DNA from: Thermoanaerobaculaceae bacterium
GTDB lineage: Bacteria; Acidobacteriota; Thermoanaerobaculia; Multivoradales; UBA5704
Assembly: GCA_963785165.1 (NCBI GenBank)
Contig: CAWAUI010000004.1
Coordinates: 192,074-256,073, forward strand
Length of the DNA stretch: 64,000 nucleotides
Direction: 5' to 3'
Each line of letters begins with the position of its first letter. The stretch's first letter is position 1. The position numbers and the translations under genes were made by a program. The notes under the pieces were generated by a model. It worked only from the letters and a program-made list of their open reading frames with translations, did no database searches and was not told the origin of the DNA. Positions 18,138 to 27,588 of this stretch are shown here, one piece after another.

Positions 18138-20981
18138 CTAGGATCGGCGCAGCAGGACACTGATCTGCTGGATGAGCGCTTCGCCGGCCGCGATCCAGGT
18201 GCCCACCTCGACGGCTGTCGCCCCCAGGAGGATCTCAGACCCGTCGCGCAGAGTGCGGACGAGCGGGAGATGAGTTGGCAGGTAGGCCTCGATCCAGGCG
18301 TTGGGGAGTTGCAAGGATTCCGGCGGGTTGAATCCGTCCATCGCTGCCCTGGCTTGGAGGCTGAGCTCGACGCCTTCGCGCAAGGAGGGGAGGGCCTCGA
18401 CAGGGAAACCGCCTCCGGAAAGCACCGCCGCCATTTTGATCTTCCGCTCGGAGCGTCCCAGGAGGTCTCGCGCTTCGGCGAGACGCCGTTCCCGCACGGC
18501 ATCTCTTTCCTGATCGAGGAGGGGATCGAGGGCGGTGGAACGGTGCAGGCGACGGCCGCCGGAAGTGAATTGGAGCACTCCCATTTGGACCAAGCGCTCG
18601 ATGGCTTGGAATGCCGCACGGTCAATCAACTCCAACGCCGGTGCGGGTCCGGTGAGGTGATTCTGCAAGGCCGTTTCGAGGGCCATCCGGTCAGCACTGC
18701 CCTCCACGACGGCGAGGAGGGTCTCTCGGCCGTCCAGAGCCGTGCACACTTCGAGCTCCAGCAGGCGATCCCCCAGGACGGGGAGCAAGGCGCTGGCGAG
18801 GGGATCGGTGGACACGGTTGGGGATTGGGCCTCGGCACCTGTCAGGGGGGCGGCTTTAGAGGCGGTGAGGCCGGTCAAGGCTTCGAGCCTCTGCATGAGG
18901 GCCTTGCGGCCGGAGGGGAGAGGCAGGTTGGAGAGGTCGCCCCGGAGGTCGAGGACGCTGTCGGCGAGGGCCTGCTTGCCGGCGAGGACCGAGATCATCC
19001 GGTGCTCGATGCTGTCTTCGGTCACGAGATGGAGCACCCGGACGGGCCGCGTCTGGTGCTTGCGCCAGGCACGGGCGATCCGTTGCTCCAGGCGTGCCGG
19101 GTTCCACGGCAGGTCGAGGTTGATCACCACGCTTGCGGCCTGGAGGTTCAGCCCCACGCTGCCGGAATCGGTGGAGAGGAAGAGGCGGCAGCCGGGGTCT
19201 TCCTTGAAGCGGCGGATCTCGCCGCGGCGCTTCATGGTGGGCACGGAGCCGGTATGCCAGGCGAAGCCGGCCTCCATCTCCTGGACGGCTTCGCGGACCA
19301 GCTCCAGCATCCGCTCCCATTCCGAGAAGACCAGGATCTTGGTGCCGGGCTCGGCCAGAGTTTCTGCGAGGATCTCCTTGAGCTCGGCGAGCTTGGGACA
19401 GACCCGGCATTCCGAATCGAGGATGTAGGGGGTGTCGCAGATCATCCGCATGCAGGAGAGCCAGCGCTGGAGCTGGTCCATCTCGTCAGGGGTCAGGGGC
19501 CGCCGCTGTGCCTGGGCGATGAGCTGGGCGACCTTTCTCTCGTAATCGGCGTAGCGGGCGAGCTGCTCGGTCTCCATGGGGACGAAGTAGTGCTTGTCCG
19601 TGCGGCCGGGGAGCTGCCCCTCGACCTCGTCCTTGCGGCGGCGCAGGAGGACCGGCGCCACACGGCGGTGGAGCTCGCCGAGGTTCTTGTAACCGGCGGC
19701 CCGTCCGCGCTCGTCGAGCTCGTAGAAGTCGCGGTTGAAACGGAAGAGTGGGCCGAGCAGGCCTGGGTCGAGGAACTGGACGATGGAGTAGAGCTCGTCA
19801 ATGCGGTTCTCAATGGGCGTGCCGGTGAGGACGAAGGCATAGGGGCTGCGCAGGCGCTTGACGGCCCGGGCCGTCTGGCTCTGCCAGTTCTTGATCCGCT
19901 GCGCCTCGTCGAGGATGATCACGTCCGGGGCGAGGCGCTGCTGTACGTCGTCGCCATCATAGAGAATCTGCTCGTAGTTCATGACGTAGAAGAAGGCCCC
20001 GGGACCCTCTCCCCCTTGATATTGGCGCAGGCGCTGTGCGCGGGGACCGAAGATGAGGCGCACCGGCAGGTCGGTGAAGCGGGCGATCTGCTCCTCCCAC
20101 TCGCCCTTGAGCGACGCCGGGCAGACGATCAGGACGCGCTCGACGCCGCGCAGCTTCTGGAGCAGGGCGCAGGCCGCGATGGCCTGGACGGTCTTGCCGA
20201 GGCCCATCTCATCCGCCAGCAGAGCCCGCTCGGTGAAAGCCAGATGCAGCATGCCCTCGCGCTGGTACGGGTAGAGGGGGAGCTTGACCACGTCCAGGGT
20301 CTCGCGACCGGCTTCGACATCGGTCAGGAAGCGCTCGCGGGCAGCCGTCCGGGCCGCCCGGCGGCTCTCTTCTTCCACCCACGGCAGGAGATGGCGGGAG
20401 AGCCGGATCGTCCCGCGGGTCCGCGCCGGTGCGGCGGTGAGGGCTCGGGCCAGGTCCGGCAGGCGGTTCAAGGGATTGCCGCGCAACGAGCCGTCCGAGG
20501 CGAAGAAGCGCTCCACCAGGGCGAAGGCCGCCGAGCGGCGGGCTCCCGCTGGCCACTGAGCCCTCACCTCGGGGTGTTCGCCGTCGCGGCGGAGGAAGAC
20601 CTCGATCCGCTCGCTCTCCTTCTTTGACGTTTTCCCCGGCCGGCTCCGGGCCAATACGGCCTCGACATGCTTGCAGGTGCCGAGGCCGTTCACTTGATAA
20701 TCCGGGCATCCGCAGGAGTTGTCGCGGCGGGAGAGGGAACGGATCTCCACCTCGTAAGCTCCTCCGGTCTCCGAACCCACGCGGAACGTCCCGAAGACAG
20801 GATGGGCGGGCTCGGTCGCCTCAACCGTGAGGGGCTCGGTGGCGGCCCGCTGCCGGCGGCGCTCGATCTCCTCCTCGTCAGTGGTCCGCCAACCCTGGAT
20901 CTTGAGCGGACGGGTGGCTGGTTTCTTTGCCTTGCCGGCGCTGCTCCGTAGCGGCTTGGGGTCGGTAAATGCCTGGCTCAT
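18138..20981 (-). CDS. SNF2-family helicase with N-terminal SWIM zinc finger
   Basis: 947 aa, intact. SWIM CGCPDYQVNGLGTCKHVEAVL; motif I DEMGLGKT; motif II ILDEAQRIKN; helicase-C (GSVGLNLQAASVVINLDLPWNPARLEQRIARAWR); ~300-aa C-terminal region of unknown function. Confidence 0.9.
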   Translation of the reverse strand: MSQAFTDPKPLRSSAGKAKKPATRPLKIQGWRTTDEEEIERRRQRAATEPLTVEATEPAHPVFGTFRVGSETGGAYEVEIRSLSRRDNSCGCPDYQVNGLGTCKHVEAVLARSRPGKTSKKESERIEVFLRRDGEHPEVRAQWPAGARRSAAFALVERFFASDGSLRGNPLNRLPDLARALTAAPARTRGTIRLSRHLLPWVEEESRRAARTAARERFLTDVEAGRETLDVVKLPLYPYQREGMLHLAFTERALLADEMGLGKTVQAIAACALLQKLRGVERVLIVCPASLKGEWEEQIARFTDLPVRLIFGPRAQRLRQYQGGEGPGAFFYVMNYEQILYDGDDVQQRLAPDVIILDEAQRIKNWQSQTARAVKRLRSPYAFVLTGTPIENRIDELYSIVQFLDPGLLGPLFRFNRDFYELDERGRAAGYKNLGELHRRVAPVLLRRRKDEVEGQLPGRTDKHYFVPMETEQLARYADYERKVAQLIAQAQRRPLTPDEMDQLQRWLSCMRMICDTPYILDSECRVCPKLAELKEILAETLAEPGTKILVFSEWERMLELVREAVQEMEAGFAWHTGSVPTMKRRGEIRRFKEDPGCRLFLSTDSGSVGLNLQAASVVINLDLPWNPARLEQRIARAWRKHQTRPVRVLHLVTEDSIEHRMISVLAGKQALADSVLDLRGDLSNLPLPSGRKALMQRLEALTGLTASKAAPLTGAEAQSPTVSTDPLASALLPVLGDRLLELEVCTALDGRETLLAVVEGSADRMALETALQNHLTGPAPALELIDRAAFQAIERLVQMGVLQFTSGGRRLHRSTALDPLLDQERDAVRERRLAEARDLLGRSERKIKMAAVLSGGGFPVEALPSLREGVELSLQARAAMDGFNPPESLQLPNAWIEAYLPTHLPLVRTLRDGSEILLGATAVEVGTWIAAGEALIQQISVLLRRS

Positions 20982-21080
20982 CGGGGGAGATGCTATACGA
21001 TCCCCCGTTGCCGCGACAAATAGTGGTGAAGAGATGTGGGCTGAGTTTCTTGCGGGGCTCTTCGTTCTGCCTTTCGAGAT

Positions 21081-21662
21081 CTACGAGTGCACTTTCTCGC
21101 CCCGGTTGAGCATGCCGATGAACTTCTCGATCCGCCGTGCCCGGGTCTCCGGCTTCTTGGCTTCCTCGATCCGGTAGAGCACGGCGTACCGGTTGGCGCT
21201 GTCGAGCGTGGCGAAGAACGCCGCCGCCTCGGGGTTCCGGTCGAGCTCCGCCTGGAGATCGTGGGGCACCGACGCCTTGCTCTGGGAGGCATAGGCCCGC
21301 TCCCATCGGCCGTCCCCCTGGGCCTTCTCAATCTCCGCGAGACCCGCGGGTTTCATGCGGCCGGCCTCGATCAGCGCCAGCGCTTTCTCCCGGTTCACCT
21401 TGGACCAGGCGCTCCGCGGGCCGCGCGGGGTGAACCTCTGAAGCCAGAACTGCTCGTCGAGCGCACCTTTCTGCCCGTCGATCCAGCCGTAGCAGAGAGC
21501 GTCTTCCAAAGCCTCCGCATAGTTGACGGTGGCTGTTTCCGATCCCTTTTTGGCGATCTTGAGCCAGAGGCCCTTGGACGTATCGTGATTCTTGGCGAGC
21601 CATTCCTCCCATTTTTTTGGGGATGGAAAGGAGAGGATGGGCAGGCCCTGCTTGGTGTCCAT
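21081..21662 (-). CDS. YdeI/OmpD-associated family protein
   Basis: 193 aa. ...WLKIAKKGS...YAEALEDALCYGWIDGQK...RYAVLYRIEEAKKPETRARRIEKFIGML is typical of this family. Confidence 0.75.
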   Translation of the reverse strand: MDTKQGLPILSFPSPKKWEEWLAKNHDTSKGLWLKIAKKGSETATVNYAEALEDALCYGWIDGQKGALDEQFWLQRFTPRGPRSAWSKVNREKALALIEAGRMKPAGLAEIEKAQGDGRWERAYASQSKASVPHDLQAELDRNPEAAAFFATLDSANRYAVLYRIEEAKKPETRARRIEKFIGMLNRGEKVHS

Positions 21663-21678
21663 GAAGACCTCGTGGAGC

Positions 21679-22137
21679 CTAAAGATCGTCGTCGCAGGCT
21701 TCTGGATGCGCGGCCAGCCAGCTCTGAATCGCGATCAGGATCTCTTCCACGTCACCTCGCTTGCCGACGAGGATGCTGTAGAGCTCAGGCGGAAGGACCT
21801 GGTCGTAAAAGTGCACCATCCGATTCCGGTAGCGCGCCATCAGCCGCAGCTTGGCACCGCTTTCCGGAGACAGGATGCCCTGAGCCGCCAGCGCATCGGC
21901 AACGGCGGCGTAGTCGGGCACGACCTTGCCGAAACCCTTGGCCAAGACGTGGCGGCCGAGGTCGAGCAAGCCTTCCAGAGACCGCCGGAGAAAAGACTCA
22001 CCGGCCGCCACCATCCGCACGTCCGCGGCGAACTCGGCTTCAGATCCGAGGGGTAGGGTCTGGATGGCGGCCAGCATTTCGCGGATGAGCTCCGCCTTGG
22101 CCGTCACGCTTCTGAGACGGATTTTGTTGGGGCTCAT
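21679..22137 (-). CDS. hepT: HepT (DUF86, HEPN-domain) toxin of a type VII TA pair
   Basis: Start MSPNKIR at 22137 overlaps the mntA stop (ATGA). HEPN Rx4-6H motif RNRMVH. Confidence 0.8.
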   Translation of the reverse strand: MSPNKIRLRSVTAKAELIREMLAAIQTLPLGSEAEFAADVRMVAAGESFLRRSLEGLLDLGRHVLAKGFGKVVPDYAAVADALAAQGILSPESGAKLRLMARYRNRMVHFYDQVLPPELYSILVGKRGDVEEILIAIQSWLAAHPEACDDDL

Positions 22138-22544
22138 GGCTGGAGGAGCCGGCGGCGGCGTTCCCGTTCGAAAGGCGCGAGGTCGCCGGCACGGCGCATC
22201 ACATAGAGATCGAAATCGTCGCAACGGTCTTCGTCGGTACAGAAGACGCGCTCGCCACGAATGATGTCGAGAGCGAGAAACGCGCTGGCCCGCCCTGCGT
22301 CGACCAGATCGACCTTGGCCCCGAGCCGCTTTTCCAGATTGTCTTCAAGAAGCAGGACATCTTCCAAAGTCTGGTTCTGGTGGAAGAGGACGGCAACGTC
22401 GACGTCGGAATCTTCTGTTTCCTGGTGGCGTGCCCGTGAGCCGAAAAGGTAGAGCGCCAGAATACGGGGGTCACCGGCTCCGACGGCTCGAATCTCCCGT
22501 TCGATTTCGGTCTTGGTTGGGGTCGCTGCCGTGGCGCCTTCCAT
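22134..22544 (-). CDS. mntA: MntA minimal nucleotidyltransferase antitoxin
   Basis: 136 aa. GSRARHQETEDSDVDVAVLF is the nucleotidyltransferase GS...DxD signature. Confidence 0.8.
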   Translation of the reverse strand: MEGATAATPTKTEIEREIRAVGAGDPRILALYLFGSRARHQETEDSDVDVAVLFHQNQTLEDVLLLEDNLEKRLGAKVDLVDAGRASAFLALDIIRGERVFCTDEDRCDDFDLYVMRRAGDLAPFERERRRRLLQP

Positions 22545-22643
22545 ACGATTAGCCTAGCACCAGTCAGAGATGGGGTGCCGCCGCCCCCTCCAGGGCTCCT
22601 CCCCGCCCGTGGGATTGCTGGGAAGGAGGCGCGTGGGGGGATT

Positions 22644-22886
22644 CCATACACATTTTTTCCGCCGCGGGGTGTATGGCGGCGAAAACCGGAGGGTGGGCGG
22701 GAGCCGCCGACCGGTCGGCGGCAAAGCACGACCGGTCGTGCGCGGAGGCCGTACACACGGCGGCGGAAAAATTGTGTACCGCGGCAGCCGCGCGGGGTGC
22801 GGTGGCTCGTGCCGTACACATTTTCGCCCGCAACGGGTGTACGGCGGCGGAATCCTTACACCCGTTGCGGGCGAAAATGTGTACGG
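22644..22886. repeat. Four hairpin-capable ~33-38-bp units arranged as two inverted pairs
   Basis: U1 22644-22676 CCATACACA-T6CCGCCGCGGGG-TGTATGG. U2 22749-22782 is approximately the reverse complement of U1. U3 (22812-22841) and U4 (22857-22886) form a perfect 30-bp inverted repeat, CCGTACACATTTTCGCCCGCAACGGGTGTA / TACACCCGTTGCGGGCGAAAATGTGTACGG, with a 15-nt spacer. Confidence 0.85.
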
Positions 22887-23007
22887 CGGCCTGGTCGCCG
22901 CCGCCTTCGGCATCAAGGTCTCCGTGGTCTCGGGAGGCCTCCTCTGCGTCGTGGGGTCCTCTGCGCCCTCCTCCTGCCGCGCTTCGTGGCCTACGACGCG
23001 CGGGCGA

Positions 23008-23127
23008 CCTCACCCTCCGGCTCCCTCTCCTGAAGGAGAGGGAGGGAAAAACAAACTTGACCAACTCAAAGCCCCTCTCCTTTAGGAGAGGGGTTGGGGT
23101 GAGGTCGCAGGCTGGGGGAGGTGAGGG
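23008..23127. repeat. Two REP-like hairpins (CCCTCTCC...GGAGAGGG with GGGTGAGG tail) in inverted orientation
   Basis: CCTCACCC...CCCTCTCC-tgaa-GGAGAGGG (23008-23042) and CCCCTCTCC-ttta-GGAGAGGGG-TTGGGGTGAGG (23072-23104), followed by a second GGTGAGGG at 23120-23127. Confidence 0.75.
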
Positions 23128-23245
23128 TTTCGGCTCGCAGGCTTCGTTTTGTCTCAGTACTGCTCAGCTAAGCACCCTCTGGATTGAGGGCTCTGTCGAT
23201 CACGCCCGCAGACAACACGTTCGCAGCACCGCGGAGGAGGCAAGC

Positions 23246-25307
23246 ATGCACATCCAGAAGCTGGACCCTGAGAAATTCTTCGAGGCCTATGGCATCCAGA
23301 TCCAACTGGTCTATCCCTGGGAAGGGGTGGTCGAGCCGCCGTTCGGAGCGGCCTGGTCCGTGGTCGAGCCGGGAGGGGAGACCAAGCATCATGCCCATCA
23401 GGAAGGAGAGACCTTCTTCTTTCTCAAGGGGCAAGGGCGGGTCAGCATCGGGGGCGACACCCGGGACGTGACGGCGGGGGACGTCGTCTTCCAGCCTCCG
23501 TTTCACGAGCACACCCTGGTCAACACCTCCGAGACCGAGGATCTTTTCTTCCTCTCCTGCTGGTGGGAAGACCTGAAGCTGTGGACCGGCGCCAAGGAGG
23601 GTGAAGCCAGGCCGGCCAAGCGCCCCGCGCGCACCATGGTCTGCGCCGCGCCCCCCACGGCCAACGGCGACCTCCACGTGGGGCACCTCTCCGGTCCCTA
23701 CGTGGCGGGCGACGTCCACACCCGCTACCTGCGCCTGCGGGGCGTGGACGCCCGCTACATCTTCGGCACGGACGACAACTGGAGCTACGTGGTGACCAAC
23801 GGCGTCCGCCTGGGATTGGGACCCCAGGACGCCGCCGACAAGGTGGCGGGGGAGATCGAGGCCACCTTGAAGGCCGCCGGCGTGGAGATGGACGAGCTCG
23901 TCCGCCCCAACACCTCGCCCCACCACGTCCGCATGACCCAGGAATTCTTCCGGCGCCTCTACGACGGCGGGCACCTGGTGGCCCGCGAGGTGGCCTCGCC
24001 CTGGTGCGACACCTGCGACCGCTACCTCTACGAGGCCTACATCCGCGGGCGCTGCCCCCACTGCGGTGCCCCCTCCGGCGGCTGCATCTGCGAGGACTGC
24101 GGCCGTCCCAACGACTGCGCGGACCTGCTGGACGCCGTCTGTACCCAGTGCGGCCAGGCGCCCTCGCGGCGTACCTTCACGCGCCTCTTCCTCCCTCTCG
24201 CCCGCTGGGAAAACGAGCTGCGCGAATTCCACCGCGCGACCCCCATGGACACCAATCTGCGCACCCTCTGCGAGCAGATCCTGGCCCTGGGCCTGCCGGA
24301 GATGACGGTGACCCACGTCACCGACTGGGGGATCCCGGTGCCCGTCGAAGGCTTCGAGAACCAGCGCATCTCCGTCCTCTGCGAGCTGGCGCCCATGTAC
24401 TTCGCCTACGCTCAGCATTTGGGGGACTGGGAGGCCTGGTTCAAGGCGGACGACGCCGAGATGGTCCACTTCATCGGCTTCGACAACGCCTTCCACTACG
24501 CCATCTTTCTGCCCGCCATGTACATGGCTTACGGCCAGGGCGTCAAGCAGGCCTCGGCCTTCGTCAGCAACCAGTTCTACCGGCTGGACGACCTCAAGTT
24601 CTCCACCAGCCGGCTCCATGCCATCTGGGGGCGCGAGCTGCTGGCCGACGTCTCCCCGGACGTCGCCCGCTTCTATCTCGCCTACACCCGGCCGGAAGTG
24701 GAAAGCACGAGCTTCACCCTCGCCGAATTCGCCGGCACCTGCGACAAGGAGCTGGGCGGAAACTGGCAATCCTGGCTCTCGGCCCTGGGAGACAAGATCC
24801 GCCGCGATTTCGGCGGCAAAGTCCCCGCCACCGGCGACTGGACGGACGCCCAGCGCCGCTTCTACCACCGCCTGGAGACCCTCCTCGCCGAGGCCGCGGA
24901 AGCCTACGAGGCTCCCACCTTCTGCCTGCAAAAGGCGTCGAGAGTGCTCTGTGAGATGGTGCGCGAAGCGCGCTTCTTCGGCAAGTCGCAGGAAGGCTGG
25001 CGCCGAGTCCCCACCCGTTCCGAAGAACGCCGCACCGTGGCCGCCCTGGAGCTGCCTGGCCGCCAAGCTCCTGGCGATCACGGCCTCGCCCATCCTCCCC
25101 AATTTCGCCGCCCAGCTCTGGAAAGGGCTCGGTTACGACACCCCGGTCACCGGCGAGCGCTGGGAAGAGACCCCCACCTGGGTCCCTGCCGGGCAGGCGA
25201 TCGGCACTCTGGGGGGGCCGTACTTCCAGAACGTGGGGGAGGCCCTGCGGCGCTCCGGCAAGCTGGCTGCGCCGAAGGCCGCGGCGGAGGAGCTGGTGAG
25301 CGTGTAG
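23246..25307 (+). CDS. Cupin domain fused to a methionyl-tRNA-synthetase-like class I aminoacyl-tRNA synthetase, apparent frameshift near 25050
   Basis: SD GGAGGAGG. Residues 1-~115 form a cupin barrel (GETKHHAHQEGETFFFLKGQGRVSIGGDTRDVTAGDVVFQPPFHEH). Then the HIGH region PPTANGDLHVGHLSGPY, a MetRS Zn knuckle CPHCG...CEDCG...CTQCG, and the KMSKS variant KFSTSR. The C-terminus continues in ORF 24618..25307. Confidence 0.75.
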
Positions 25308-25553
25308 CACAAGGGGGTGTCGATCGTGCTGTTCCTGGGGCTGTGCGTGTACGTGTGGCGGGGGTCGGTGAAAAGGGCGAAGGCGTAGAAGGAGGAGAAG
25401 CGGGCCTTTCGCGGGCCGGACGTCTTCTGGGTGGGAGGCATCGATCCGTACCGGAAGCGCGAGGCGTGGATCGCCCACGACGGAGAAGCGGCGCCAGACG
25501 TCCCACAGGCGGGGCGGCAGGGCCCCGTCAAAGTCGTGCTTCGGTCATCTCCG

Positions 25554-27532
25554 CTACATCCGCCGGACATGCGCAACGGCCTGGGGAGTACGGCCCAGCT
25601 TCCGGGCGATTTCGTCGTCCGGAGCCGTCCCGACGAGGGCGAAGCTCTTCGGGTGTCCACCTCCGTTTCTCCTGAAAGGGTGGAATTCCATGCCGCCTGC
25701 GCTTCTTGTTCACGACGCTCTCCGCGATCCCGAGCTCGCGCGCGATCCGGCGATCGGGCTCCCGCCCGAGGCGGGCGACGAAGCTCGGGAGTCCAGCGCC
25801 GGGGCCGTTCGATACCAAGCTTCTCGCGCAGAACGCGAATGGTCGTGGGAGACAGGCCCGTCCTCCGCTTCACCTCTTTGCTCTTCTCGTGCAGCAACTC
25901 GATGAGAGCGGGAGTTGGAACTATGGCCCCGTACCTGCCCCCCGGGCGGATGCCGAGCGCGGCGCGCTTGCGCTGGACGCTGCTCACCGAAAATCCGGCG
26001 CGGCGCGCCAGCTCGCGGTCGGTGACCTTGCCCAGGAGCGCGAGCAACGCCTCGGTCCACTGGTAAACAGGGCGCGGCGGCCGGGACGCGGCAATCCCGA
26101 GTTGCTTCCGTTTCGTCGACACCGTGGCCTTGCGGATCCCGAGCTCCTCGGCGACCTCCGCATCCGACATCGTTCCGAGCAACGCGAGCTCCTGGGGCGT
26201 CCACTCGTCAGCTCCTGCATAGCGTCGTTTCGGATGGAACGGCGGGATCCCGAGGAGCTGTCGCTTGTAGCGGACGCTGGAGCCGTGGATGCCCAACTTT
26301 TTGGCGACGACCGTATCGCTGGCGGTGCCAAGACGCCGGATCATCTTTGGGGTCCATTCGATCGGCTCGACGGGCGGCCGGAAGGCTCTGATCCCGCGCC
26401 GCTTCCGTTCCCTGGCGACCGCCTCTGCCGAAATCCCGGCGAGGCTTGCGATCTCGCGGTCGGGGAGCTTGCCCAGCCGGGCGACAAGCTTCTGGGGCCA
26501 CCGGAACCGCTCCTTCACCGGAGCGCGCTTGACGGCCATGCGCGGTTTCCCGCGGCGAGCCCGGCGGAACGCTGGAATGCCCAGGGACTTCCGCTTTTTG
26601 CGGATCACATTTTCCGAGACCCCGAAACGGTTCGCGATGCTCCGGTCGGTTTCCTGACCGAGGCGGGCAAGGAGCTTGGGGCTCCAGCGGCGGCGCAAGT
26701 CGATACCCTGTTTCCGGCGCAGATCGGCGATCGTCTTGTGGCTGAGACCGGTCAGTCGCTGGACCTCGATGGCCGGCCGGTGGAGCAGCTCGATCAGCTC
26801 CGGCGTCGCAACCACCGCCCCGGCGGGAACCACGCTGGGGATGCCGAGCCGAGACCGCTTCGCTCTGACGGTGTTGCCAGAAATGCTGAAGTGCTCCGCC
26901 ACCTGCGAGTCAGGGACCTCGCCCAGGAGCACGACCATCTCCTCCGTCCATTCGATCGGGAGCGTCGGCGGCTTGAAGGAAGGAATCTTCAGGACCTGGC
27001 GTTTCAACACGGCAGAGGCGACACTGATCCCGAGCTGTTCGGCGACCTTTCGGTCGGGCATGGTGCCGAGCAGAGCCAGGTCTTCCGGCTCCCAGGGAAT
27101 GGCCGACTCGACGGCACAGGAGGGCGGTGGGGCATACGGAGGAAGCCCGAGGAGCTCGCGCTTGCGCCGGATGGTGGTCCGGGAGAGCCCCAGCTCCCGG
27201 CCGACCACGCCATCGCTTTCCTCCCCGATCAGGGAGATCATCTCCGGTGTCCATTCGACGGGACCGCGCGGCGGCCGAAATGACTCGATTCCGCGCCGCC
27301 GACGTTCTCTGGTCACCGTCCCGGAGCTGATGCCGGCCCGCCGTGCGAGCTTTTCGTCGGAGACCTTCCCGAGCAGGGACGCCAGCTCGTCCGTCCACGA
27401 AACCATGGCCCGGGTCGAACGCATCGTGGACGCCGGGACGCGCTCGACGGGCAGCGGTGGCGCGACGGAGCGGCGCTTCAGTGGCCGAGTTTTTTTCGGC
27501 GGGCGAGACATCGGGTGCAGATCGTATCGCAT
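25554..27532 (-). CDS. Highly basic protein of 13 tandem W-anchored HTH-like modules, two apparent frameshifts (near 25800 and near 25640)
   Basis: Module consensus WTPEx(L/M)xLLGxxxDxx(V/I)AxxLG(I/L)SxxxVxxKRxxLGIPxF, repeated 13 times. Joined from ORFs 25133..27532 and 25528..25818 plus a third frame that ends ...ALVGTAPDDEIARKLGRTPQAVAHVRRM* at 25554. Confidence 0.7.
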
Positions 27533-27588
27533 CTGGGCGCTGCAGCAATTCCCGCGAAAAGAAGCAAAAAACGCCCTTTGATCTCTCT

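Noticed and set aside
18096-20627. 843-aa plus-strand ORF
   Set aside because: It is antisense to the intact SNF2 helicase, whose motifs are unambiguous.
22554-23085. Three overlapping 120-171-aa ORFs on both strands
   Set aside because: They only translate the hairpin and REP repeats, giving recurring VYGG and PYTF strings. Mutually overlapping frames and no start signals argue against coding.
23168-25102. 644-aa minus-strand ORF
   Set aside because: It is antisense to the cupin-MetRS gene, which has clear HIGH, KMSKS and zinc-knuckle motifs.
25308-25553. Small ORFs in the convergent gap after the synthetase gene, e.g. VSIVLFLGLCVYVWRGSVKRAKA* at 25318-25389
   Set aside because: They are too short, have no SD, and I recognise no family. 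They could equally be a gene remnant.
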